DNA of 63,614 nt, counting the filler, from Jimgerdemannia flammicorona (taxonomy: Eukaryota), in NCBI GenBank assembly GCA_003990765.1. It is 3 parts of 3 records of this genome, joined end to end, with 100 filler letters (N's around TTAATTAATTAA, not from the genome) between each part and the next. Parts side by side here need not be neighbours in the genome. Positions count along the whole stretch, not along the records: positions 42,481 to 63,614 come from RBNJ01001521.1; 2 more parts are not named here. One strand, given 5' to 3'. The translations under genes and the position numbers were made by a program. Under the pieces are notes generated by a model. That model was not told the origin of the DNA. It made no database searches and saw nothing but the letters and a program-made list of their open reading frames with translations. Below, in pieces: positions 52,701-63,614 of this stretch (its first letter is position 1; each line of letters starts with the position of its first letter).

Positions 52701-55700
52701 GACTTGTTCCTTAAAGAATTCACACTTCTTGAGCTTAGCATAAAGCTTATATTTTCACAGGATCTCTAGGACTATTCAAATGTATTTGAGATGTTCTTCT
52801 TTAGTTGCACTAAAGATTAGAATGTCATCAAGATATACTAATAGGAAAATAAATAGTTAGTTCTTGAATATCTTGTTTATTAGGGTCTGGAATATGGTGG
52901 GTATATTGGTGAGATCAAATGCTAAGACCAGAAATTTGTAGAGTTCAAAGGGGGTTATAAATGCAGTCTTGGAAATGTCTTCTGGCTTGATTTGAATCTG
53001 GTGGTATCCTGACATGAGGTCTAACTTAGTGAAGTACTTGGTATTCTTGAGAGCATCAAAGATTTAATCAATCAAGAGTAGTAGATAGCAGTTCTTAACA
53101 GTGAGTTTGTTGAGTACATAGTAGTCTATGTATATTTGCAGGGTGCCATCCTTCTTCTTGATGAATAAGACTAGTGAGCTATAAGGAGATTTACTTGGCT
53201 GAATGGCTCCTTATACAAGTAGTTCTTCTAGTTCTTTTTTAACTGCTTCAATTTCAAGTGATGATATATAATACATATGTTTCTTAGGTAATATAGCTCC
53301 TGGAGTCAGTTTAATTTCATAATCAACTTCTCATATAGGTGGTAGACCAGGTAGCTTGTCTAGAAAGACATCTTTGAATTCTTCTAGTAGTAACTTGATA
53401 CTTTCATTGACTAATAGTCTCTTGTCTTATTTCTTAAAACAGACTATTACAATAAAGGTATATATTGTCTTCTTAAGTGCTCTCTTGTACTGTATAGCTG
53501 ATAGTATTGCAATCTGGATCTTGCTTATGGTCTTGTCTGTCTTGATAGTGATATTGGCTCCATCTTAGAGTAGGGTGACTTCATTCTTATACCAATTGAT
53601 GTCTGGATTGTATTTTATAAGCCAGGGTTTTCCTAAGATCAGATTATGATCTCCTAGTGATGCAACCTCAAAGTCTACTTGTTCCTAATATTTCTGGATC
53701 TTGATGGATAGTTTGGCAGCAATTGACTTGATGGGGTACAGAGTATCATCTGTAGTAACTATACTATTGTTCTTGGGTACAGACTTGGTAAGAATCTTGA
53801 GGCTTTTGATGAAATTCTGATTGATGAAGTTCCCTGTAGCTCTGCTATCTATAAGTACTTGAACTTCTTTTCCTTTGACTAGGCCTTTGAAAATGAGTAT
53901 AGCTTGAGCTCAATTTTCACTAAGACCTGCTGCTTGATCAGTGCTACTAAAATCTTTTTAATCTCATTTAGTCTCAAGGAGTTCTTGGACTTCTGTAATC
54001 TTAAGTTGACTGGCTTTTTCTAGGATCATTTGTGCAACTTGGTCTCCTTTCTTGACTGTGTAGTCTTGATCCTTCTGGTTGATAAGCAGAACTTGAACTT
54101 GTCTTTGAAAGTCTGGATCAATAACACTAGTATCTACATCTAAATGATATTTGATGCTAAGTCCTGATTACAGTACAATTCTGATATAATGTTCTTCAGA
54201 ACATTGAACTGCAATTCCAGTAGGTACCAGAGTTTGGCCCTTGGCTAGAATAGTGACTTGTTTGACTGAGTGTAGGTCAAGACCAATGGCTCCTTCTATT
54301 TGATATTGAGAGATCTGGGCCTTCAGATGAAGCTTCTTGATCTTAAGTCTGAGTTTACTGGTAGTAGGATTGACAGATGTGTCTTTGGACAATATGGTGA
54401 CTGGTCTTAAGAGTTCACTAGTCTTCTTAGGATATTTAGTTGTAATGTATCCTATTTGGCAATAGAAGAAATAGGCTCTGGATTTCTTCAGGTGGTCCTT
54501 TTCTTTAGGGATAAGCTTAGTGTTCTTTTTGTTTATGGTGTCTAAGTCTATTGGTGCTGGGCTAACTATCCTTGGTTGGTTCTTATGGTAGTTCTCAAAG
54601 TAGTTCTTCTTGTGGTGTTCTGGTTCAAAGCAGTTACTAAAGATAATAACATCAAACCTATCAGCAATTCTTATAGCTTCATAAAGATTTTTGGGCTCTT
54701 CTAGCTTGATCTTGACTTGTATATTTCCCTTCAGGTCTTGGATATAGCAGTCTATCTTTTTGTCCTCAGATATTGCTGGTAGCTCAAGTAGGATTGATAA
54801 GAATTGTATATTGTAGTTTTGCACAAACTTGAGTTACTTAATGTTTACTAGCTTGTCTCTGGCTAGTTTGGTAGTATTAGCAGACTTGAACTACTTGTGA
54901 AGGGCTCTCTTGAAGGCTTTCTAGTCTCTGATTCATATATATGAGTGTACAGAGGTAACTATGATATAATTGTACCACCAGATGGCTATATTTCCTTGGA
55001 GGAGTGTGGCAGCAAATTGAACTTGCATGTCTTCTTTCATTCTTATAAGCTCAACATATTGGTCCAACTGGAAGGTCTATGCATCTGTAAATAGCCCTCC
55101 TTGATAACTGTCAAAGATATCTGGCTTGAGTGGCTTAAAACTGACTAGTACTATAGCAGGATATAATGTATTCACAGTTCTTGTTTTTTGCTGTTCTAGT
55201 TATGCTTGAAGTTCTTGGATTTGGTGGGCTATAGCATTGATCATATCTTCTATATTGAGCTGTAATCCTCCTGCTTCTTCTGTAGCAGAGGGGTCTGGCT
55301 GATAGACTGACTCTTTGTAGCTCATTTCAGGTTCATATAACTATTTATGACAGGTTTCCAAATTTGTGTGAGGTTTCTTAATAAGGCAAGGTATAATGAC
55401 ACTACTGCTATCAAGTGTAATAGTTCTAGTTGGCCTAAAGTAGCTTGAAGAGATACTTAAAGGTTCAAGTGTTCTTAAAGAATTTCTGAGAGAAAATATT
55501 CTGAGCTTTATTTAGGCAGAGAATAAGAATATTTATATATGATCTGAAAGAAAGATCCAAAAGGATCTTGAAAAGAAAGAGAAATGCCAAGAAATAGGTT
55601 CTTGGCAAAGCTGACTAATACTATTCTAAAATATTCCAAAAGGTTCTATAACTAGCTAAGACAAGATACTTAGCACCAAGGAAAGACAAGAATATTCTAG

Positions 55701-55841
55701 TGGTGTCTGGATACTGAGAGAAGGTTTCTAAGCAAGTAGAAGGTAGCGGAATATAGTAGAATATTCAAGAAATGACAAGAAAAAACTAACTAAAAGATGC
55801 AAAAATGTACTAAGACTAAATATGACTATGAAATTGTTACA
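49765..55841 (-). mobile_element. Complete but decayed Ty3/Gypsy chromovirus: LTRs 55416-55841 and 49765-50228; gag-dUTPase-PR-RT-RH-IN-chromodomain
   Basis: Paired LTRs; decayed PBS (ttgatagcag); PPT aagaagagagaga; TSD ctcca/tctca (cccca in uninterrupted L1 copy 2); PR LIDSRATGNFI; RT YLDDILIF; chromodomain YKVEKIL..EYLVKWIGYPE..WEP at 50581-50703. Confidence 0.92.
53937..54350 (-). pseudogene. dut: dUTPase domain within the chromovirus polyprotein
   Basis: All five trimeric-dUTPase motifs, decayed but in order: GAIGLDL, L*SGL, TSVIDPDFQR, KGDQVAQ, ETK*D*KDFSSTD. Confidence 0.88.
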
Positions 55842-58800
55842 TCTCAAGGGAAATACCATATCCTGGTATCCATTACATATTAGTGCTACTCTACTACCCT
55901 CTAACAGATTCAATATAGAAGCTCAAAATAGTAGAGGAACTTCTATTCTATCCAGTATCTTGCCCAGCCACACCTGCCAAACATGATCATAGGTCTTCTC
56001 CTGGTCCAAAAAGACCAGTCTCTCATCCAATCTACTAGCTCTTATCTCTTCAATAATGCTATAGACTCAGGCTGTCCCATCTCTAATAAGTCTGCCTCCA
56101 ACAAAGCCCTACTGTTCCTTACCCAATACCTGCTGGACAACCCTCTGTAATATTGTCACAATTACCTTAGTCACTATCTTTCTGTCTATATCCAGAAGCA
56201 TAATCAGCCTCTAGTTCTTCCAATCCTCCCTCCTCCTCTTATCTTTATATAACAGGGCCACCAGCCCTAGGTTCTGTCCTCCCACTCACTGACTTCTCAG
56301 AAAAACAAAATCACAGAGAGCTGCCATCTCTCCTAATACTCCAGAGACCCCTACTATCTTCTTCCAAAAGTCCCAAGGTAGACTATCCTCTTCTGGTACC
56401 ATATCAAGCTTAGTTGCCACAAGGACTCTCTGGATCTCCTCCTCTTGGACTGAAAGAATCAAATCTCCTAGGCCCTCCACTTGTGGTAGCTCCCAGTTCT
56501 CCAGAGTGACTCTAATTGCCTCTGCATCAGCACTCTCTTCTTCCTCACTCTACAGACCCCTCCACTACTCCTTTAGCAACCCTAATATCTATTGTGTATT
56601 ATGTACTATTTCCCCCTTAGCATTAAGGACTCCATTCTACCAATGTTGTACCCTTCTCACCTAGAGGAACCTTGACAAGTACCTAGTTAGCCTCTCTCTC
56701 TCCTCAAGCCCCTACTACCTCAACCTAGCTGCCATTCATTTTATACATATCTCCTCCTCCTCTCTCAATACCTGTTGCAACTCTATTACTTCTAGTCTAG
56801 CTTGCACTAACCTCCAATTCTCCACCTCACTAGAGTTTATCAAATCAGCCCATTCTATTTGTAATCTAACCAGCCTATTGGAAGTATACCTTACTCTTTT
56901 CCTTCTTTACCTTCCAGCATCCCTACCAACTTCTCCCCAGTAAACCCTTACAGTCTCTTTCAACTTCATCTACCAGACATCCACTTACAAGACCTTATAT
57001 ATCTAGCTTATAATCTTCACCTAAATGTCCTCTATCCAAAGGTCCTATAATACCTTCTCAGTTAGTAGAGAGAAGTTAAGGTACTAATATCCAGATCTAT
57101 CTCCACTCTCTCCAAACTGTCCCTGTTCTAACAGTCCCCAGTGGTCTGACCATAGGCACCACTCTACCTCCAGAGTCCTCCAAACATCCAGGCCCCAGCA
57201 TTCAGCTATCAGTATCCAGTCAATTCTTGTACCAAGGTCATTCACTCAATATATATAAATTCTCTTTTCTCTCTACTATATTCTGCCCATATCCCCTAAG
57301 GAACTAAGGTTCTCCATCTCCTTCCATACATCCAGACTGCCACTCCTTCCACTAGCACTCCTCCCTCCATTAGTTCTATCTAACTGAAGATTTTACACCA
57401 TATTGAAGTCATCTTCCAGAATATCCACCCCATCCTCCAAGAATGTACCCTCATTCAGAAGATCCTTAATCCATATAATCTGATCACCCCTAGCTACTAG
57501 GTAGTAGTAAGAGTCAACTCTCACTGGCTCCCACTCAGATCAACACTATTTCCTCTACACCAAATATTCTTTCCAGCTTCTGATTCCGCCTAAATCCCCT
57601 TTATCTCTCTATGCCAAAATTGCCACTTTGTCAATCCAAGCTATAGCTCCTCTCCATTCTCTAGTCTACTCTACTTGATCTACATCATCCTCACAATGTA
57701 TATCCTGTAGCAGAAAGAGATCAGTCTCCAATCTCTTTAGTCAAGTAAAAATGTTCTTCTATTGCCCAGATTCTCATAACCCATTCACATTCAGAGAAAA
57801 AATGTTAGTTATACTATTCATTGGGAATAACATTTAAAAGTAGAGTCCTGCTCATTCTCTATAAATCCACATCCCTCTCCTCTTGTACTATGTCTAAGTT
57901 ATGTTTAGCAGCCAATCTCTCCTCTTTAGTCTCCTTTGCCTCCATTTCAATCAGAAGTTCAGCTATCTCTCCATTCTCCTTTTCTTCAAAGTCCTCATAA
58001 TATTCTAGGCAGACCTCTTGTCAGAGTTTCAGACCATAATGCTCTGCCCAACAGAAGGTGGTCCACTTACCAGCAACAACTACCAGCTCAGCCTCCCTCT
58101 CCTTATCAACCTCATACCCCTCTTCCTCTAGAAGAATTGCAAGCACCTCTACCTTCAGTGCCTCTACTACCTCATCACCATATAAGATCTGTGCCTAATA
58201 CTTCTTACTCATTACTCTCAGGTCCACTTCTCCCAACTCTTTAGTTATGAAGTTGTTCATCATCCAGCACATCTACAGTAGGTTTCCCACCTTTCCTCCT
58301 GGTGTTGCTAGCCTCCCAGCATCTAGTATTGTGGTATCAGCCCCTATACTCACAGTCTCATCCCACTCCTCCTCACCAACTACCACTACCTGTCCCCCTT
58401 TTGCTATGTCAGAAACTCCAAAGTATATTTACTGGGTACTATGCATTAGCACATCCTCTGCTACCTTGCTCCTCTCAACTAGATCCCTTCTGATAAGAGG
58501 AGGAGTGTCATTCAATTCCTCTTCCCAGACTTTGAATATACCATCAGTATAAGAGTTATTGTGCAGTATTATCCTGGCCCCATCCAGGCCCTCCTCTCTA
58601 TTCCCTCCTCTCTTACCAGTCCAGACATTCACTTTGGCACTTCCAGACCCCTCAGCTCTACCAGTATTCTTCTTCACCTCTTCTTTTATGCTTGCTAATA
58701 ACTTTCTCTGTCTCTTGCACCCTTGAGCCCTCTCTCACTGCCTCTTATCAGTATAAATATATTTTCCATCTACAATCTTCAAGTATATAGACTCTACATA

Positions 58801-61477
58801 TAACTTCTAGGCCTTCACTCTCTGCTCTACTGCTCCACTCATCTCCTCCAGAGTCTCCAACAGATCCTCCTCCTCCTTCTCACTCCCTTTTACCCTTGAT
58901 ACCTTACAGATAAAGGCCCCCTACAATATAACTAAAGGCCAGTCACTTATCTTCCCTATAGCCTCTCTCTCTATCAGTCTAATCCTGATATCAACATCAC
59001 CAGTTCTGAAAGTGGTCCCCTCTTATATCTGGAATCCAATATTGACTATATTGCCATAATCTGCTATCATCTCCTCCACTCTCTTCCTAGTCTCAACCTT
59101 CATCACTATAGACACCTCTTCACTAGTAACTGAATCACTCTGGGGTCCCACCTCAAACACTACACCATAGGGACCACTATCTCTCTCACCACTACTCCAG
59201 TCTTCAAAGCTTCCTTCAGTAGACTTACCTCTTTGAAACCCACCTCCACCCCCTCCAATTTCTTCAGAAACTTCACTGAGGTAGCTCCAGCCACTTGCTC
59301 TGAGATAATCCCTAGAATCATTCTTGCTATTACTACCAAGCTCCAGAAGTACAAAGTTACAGCAAACTCCAAAATCAACTTCTTGAGTAATGGTACCATA
59401 GTCAGTCCCATCATACCATCAGCCAGGTCCTCTTTTCTCTTTGGTCCCACCCATCTGATTCTACCATCAGCAGTCACATTTGGATTTTTTTTCAGATTCC
59501 CAGTTATGTCACTATCAGTAGTCCCCTCCCTACTCCTAGCAGCTACTCCACCAGCTCTTCCACCCACTAGCTGATGAGCTACATCTCCCACTTCCCCTTC
59601 CCTCTACTTTCTCTTCCCCTCTGTCTGTTCATCATGAGATCCAACAGACCATCTACTAGCCTTCAGCATATTGGCGAAGCTCCTCTCCTTCTGCCCTCCT
59701 ACTCCTCCTCTAGTGCTGCTACTACCACCTGAACTGCTCTGCCCACTCAGACCACCAAAAGACCCCATCTCTAATCCATACCCTCATCTAACATATTGCC
59801 AATCAAAGGCTCTAGGTCTATCTGATCTAGTATGTACATTAGCTTACTTATTGGTTACTATGACCTTAGTATCTTTCTCTAATAAATACTCTGAAAGTAT
59901 GTTATAAAAGTATATGTAACATAAGTTATAACTGAGAAAGGTATGCACCATTTTTCTCATTTAACCTCTAGTGACTTCTCTTCTTTCTATACTGCTATTT
60001 GTTTTGATGAGATCAATAATTATTTTCACTTCTTAGGTTTCATTGTTTTCTCTTTAGATTCCCCAGTTTTACTGGCTTCTATCATTAAGCTTATACTCCT
60101 TGTCTATAGCTCCAACTACTTTGAGTCAGCCCTTGGCTCTTTTCACCAGACTTCTGATATTACTATGAGAACAAATTGTGCCCTCACCCTTACCAATCTT
60201 GTTGATCTGGCCTATGAACTTTATGTGATATGTAATCATTCTTCATCTTTTTCCATTGCATTCTGGACTGGAGATATTTTTTTTCACTAATATATTGATG
60301 ACTTTATTGTTCTTACTATTGCTGGTATTGATATTCCTAGTGTGTTCCATAATATCTACCCTCTCTATTATTCTATTACTTGGGTGTAATATAACTAGTA
60401 TTCCCTTTTTGGACCTTTTTATTTCTCTTTCTCCCTTCCAAACTATTATTTATTCTTGTTTCCCCCATTCTCAACAGTTCTCTGACTTCCATTCTAATTA
60501 TCCTCATTATACTCTCTTTAAATGTATTCATGGTGAGGTTCATCATCTTGCTCTATGCTACTCCTATCATTCTGACTGAGTGTCTACTATTCAGGTCCTT
60601 GGCAACTTTGTGGTCCATCATTATGTCTACCCTATTTCTATTGTTCATGATCTGCTTGCTTCTGTCAAATGGTCTGTTGTTTACTCTTTTCTTCTCTCTC
60701 TCCATTATCCTCCTTTTCTTCCCTCCCTCCCTCCTTATCCTCTCTATACCCTCTCTTCATTCTCACTCCCAATTCTTATTATACTATTCAATTGTACTTA
60801 CTGAGTTACACAATGCCCTGATACCATCCTATACTCTTCTCTTTCTTGCCATAGACTTTTATCTCTTCCTTGATGCCCTCTGATTGCTTATTTGTATTTT
60901 TCTTCTGTTTTCTCTTTAATTCATCACTCTTGTTTTGTATTTTCATTACCTTCAGGTGCCTCCAGCTCTGCTGGAGAGGATTAAAAAACATTCTTGCCCC
61001 CTCTGGAGTCTCACACTTGCTCCAGGGTCTCAGCCTTACTCCACTCTTCTCTGCTACCTTTGGCCCCTCACTTCACTTGGGCTCACTGTGGCTCACTCCA
61101 TTTTGGCCTCACCCCTCACTTGCTCACCTCTTTAGGGTCTGTAGATGTTTTTTAATCTTGATTTAGATTTGTTTTGTTTGTGTTTATTTGTGATTTTTAT
61201 CCTATAACTGAGATTAGCTCCTCCTTTATCTCTACTTATCTCTGGTAGTCATGTGGTTCCTAATTCAGTTTTCCCTGAGTTGTGGCACATCCTCTCTTTT
61301 GGAACATCATATTTTATATATAAGGACTGTATTTTTACATGGCAATAAACAGCTGATACATTTTCAGTTATATTTTTTGTTTATCTCCCTTATATATGCT
61401 CTTCTATATATCTTCCATTCACTTTGACACTGGTTCTGGATTCACTTCTCTGGCTCTCACTAGGCCCTTCTCCTCTA

Positions 61478-62050
61478 ATACTGATAAATATAAGGAGTTC
61501 TAGAATTGTTAGACTATACTACTCTCTACCTCTTCTGGTATCCTTCATTATAGTATAATAGTTTGTATTAGCAATAATTTATTCCAGAAAAGAAGAGATA
61601 GAATATATTGATAATCTGTAGAATTTTACCTAGTGAGGTTATAATATTATCAGTAAGGTAAGAGTATAGATGTAAGAGAAAAGACTTGATATGTTGAAGA
61701 GATGTGAAGTTGGAAATCTTAAAAAGAATGAGTTTCTTGAAAAGAATGAATTGATCAATAGAAAGAATGAATTAATCAATAGTATCTTTTAAGTTAGCTA
61801 CCCTATACTTTATCTTTCTTTTGCTATTACTCTTATCAATAGATTCTTCAGGCTTATCTTCTTTAATAAGATCTTCCATAGTATTTTTGTTGTATAGTAT
61901 CAAACATTATTTGGATTATATCTTGAATTTGAGTTTGTCCTCTACTTCAGACCCACCACTTTAGACTTCACTTCAAATTTGAACTCATTACTGTCAGATT
62001 CATCACTATCAGATATATTATCACTATTAGCTAAAGCTAAAGAATTGCCT
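61478..62050 (-). mobile_element. piggyBac transposase pseudogene, N-terminal part
   Basis: LE*IIANTNYY..GRE*YSLTILELLIFISI continues into IYLSLF..IR*YLHF on the other side of the PLE (below 45057); acidic N-terminus. Right boundary approximate. Confidence 0.7.
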
Positions 62051-62379
62051 GAATATAGCTTTGTAGCTTGAATGGAGACTCTATAGCTCTAGTGGGGTTA
62101 TAGTATATTCTCTTATAGATTACTACTATCAGATATAATGGAAGTGATATTGTCTCTCATTCTGAACAAGTCAATTATAGTTAATACTTGAGACTTTAGT
62201 TCATAATTATGAGAGACCGATATACTGACCTTTTCTCAATAACTACTTCAGCAATTATATTTGTAATCTTCATTCTTAGAGATATAATAGTATAATATAA
62301 ACTAACTATAATTCACACAATTGGGATAATGGCTTTTATTTAATTCAGAATAGAGTATATTGAAGATAGCAGCAATATC

Positions 62380-62955
62380 CCCTTACAGCTCCAACCTATA
62401 CAGCCTATACAATCTATATAGCCCATATAGCCCATATAGTCTACATAGTCTATATAGCTTATATAGCCTATATATCTCATATAGCTTATATATACAGCTT
62501 GAATGTTATTGATTAGTATTGCCTTATATATATATTGATATATATTAGATAAGTATACATTATAAAGCTCTAATTATATATAATTGATTTTTATAACTTA
62601 AAAAACCTCTTGTATTGTATATATATTGATATATTGGTATATATATTAGTATATATATTGGTATATATATTGATATATTGATAAGTATATTGATATATAT
62701 GTTATATTATGCTTAATTTTTTATAGCTTAAAAAGCTTCTTATATTATATACATATTGATATATATTGGGCATTTTACAAAGCTCTAATCTTTTATATAG
62801 GCTCAACCACTCTACCAACTGCTTCTCTATTGTTTTACTCTACTGCTCTACTCTACTACTCTACTGCTCTGTTCTATCACTCTACTTCTCTACTCTACTA
62901 CTTTACTACTCTATTGCTCTACTGCTTGCTGCTTACTATTTACCACTACTATTAC
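62380..62955. repeat. Low-complexity repeats: ~10-bp tatagcc(c/t)a units, TATAT(T/G) tracts with a ~45-bp direct repeat, ctact/ctct repeats
   Basis: Directly visible; may be subterminal repeats of the piggyBac. Confidence 0.6.
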
Positions 62956-63024
62956 TTGAGTCAGACTCAGAGAGATAGAATTAGTGATTTATACTCTTTT
63001 ATTATACCCTTTATGTACATAACT

Positions 63025-63401
63025 ATGGCTATAGCTAATACTGAAAACCAAGAGCTAATATCTATTTTCTTCCTGAGATCAACTGTATCTTATTCATAAG
63101 AAATCTACCCTTCAAGATCATAGTCAAGAAAATGTATAATATCTTTGATAAATATAATTCTATCTATCATATCTACATTAGTATAACCAATGATACCTAT
63201 GGTATAGTCTTTGTTATCTATAAAGATATCTTTGATACTAAGATGGCATATGACTATCTATAGGAATTCAACATTCTAAACATGTATCTGATTGTGCTGT
63301 ACTATTAGCCAAACAAAGTGACCAAGAAGATAAACATTCAGAAAAAAGAAGAGAAGCTAAAGGAGCTAAAGAGCAAATATAATATATCTGATAATAACTA
63401 A
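63025..63401 (+). pseudogene. SF3B6: Intronless, hypermutated pseudogene of U2 snRNP branch-point protein p14
   Basis: From 63051: RANIYFLPEINCILFIRNLPFKIIVKKMYNIFDKYNSIYHIYISITNDTYGIVFVIYKDIFDTKMAYDYL*EFNILNMYLIVLYY*PNK..KKEEKLKELKSKY, colinear with p14 (RLPPEVNRILYIRNLPYKI..EEMYDIFGKYG..VYEDIFDAK.ACDHL.GFN..YLVVLYY). One frameshift near the ATG, two stops. Confidence 0.9.
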
Positions 63402-63614
63402 CAGATCTAAGTTTCTTGAGTAAGTTTATATACTTATTGTTGAGATAATATCAGGGAATTTGATTGGTGTATAGAGTCAGTATAGCAGTATTTACTAAGT
63501 ACTCTTATTGTTAGACATAGATGATATAATGGAGCCAAAACTATTTTATTTATTAAACTCATTTTTTTTTTTATTTTTTTTTTAACAATCAAGTATATAC
63601 CCTATATATAGATA

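Larger units (their letters stand above)
48006..59946 (-). mobile_element. L1-clade LINE family A, copy 3, full length and heavily mutated; inserted in the PLE RT and interrupted by a chromovirus
   Basis: TSD actatttttctc (47994-48005) / accatttttctc (59947-59958); T tract 48006-48022; colinear with copy 2 across ORF1 and ORF2. Confidence 0.9.
45058..61477 (+). mobile_element. Penelope-like retroelement (~4.5 kb without nested inserts): inverted arm 45058-45397, pLTR 45383-45883, decayed ORF1 ~45814-47018, RT ORF ~47200-48005 + 59959-60870, pLTR 60979-61477; no GIY-YIG recognised
   Basis: PLE RT motifs IVTDKNQG, FYTFLKVHKP..YPIMA, SSDFSSFYT, FHQTSDITMRTNCALTLTNL (decayed QxxGxAMG..P..ANL), YIDD, IPFLDL, IHGE..YP. 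Direct and inverted copies of the terminal repeat. Splits the piggyBac ORF. Confidence 0.8.

Noticed and set aside
45058..61477. DIRS/Ngaro tyrosine-recombinase element or DNA transposon with long TIRs
   Set aside because: RT motifs are Penelope-type (DKN, KVHK, YIDD); no recombinase, RNase H or transposase seen inside.

Overview
Eukaryotic, fungal window; an early-diverging (Mucoromycota-like) origin is my inference, not verified. It has two compartments. (1) A gene island at about 0.9-21.1 kb with normal CpG content and six intron-containing genes: a CH-domain/Cdc15-type kinase/C1/CaaX protein, mitoribosomal RSM27 head-to-head with SmF, the aspartate-glutamate carrier AGC1, mitochondrial PheRS MSF1 and beta-tubulin. 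(2) A transposon graveyard from 21.2 kb to the end (plus 1-0.9 kb), strongly CpG-depleted and full of C>T/G>A transitions. It holds three Ty3/Gypsy elements (two with a dUTPase fused in frame after the Gag zinc knuckle), several L1-clade LINEs with poly(A) tails and TSDs, a solo LTR, a split piggyBac and an intronless hypermutated copy of SF3B6/p14. The most unusual structure is a four-level nest: piggyBac > Penelope-like element > L1 > chromovirus. The Penelope-like element shows no recognisable endonuclease, and its left end is a ~340-bp fold-back around a formerly CpG-rich mini-hairpin cassette, as expected if the first-strand cDNA primed itself. Two 100-nt assembly gaps carry an artificial TTAATTAATTAA linker. 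All alignments and counts were done by eye.
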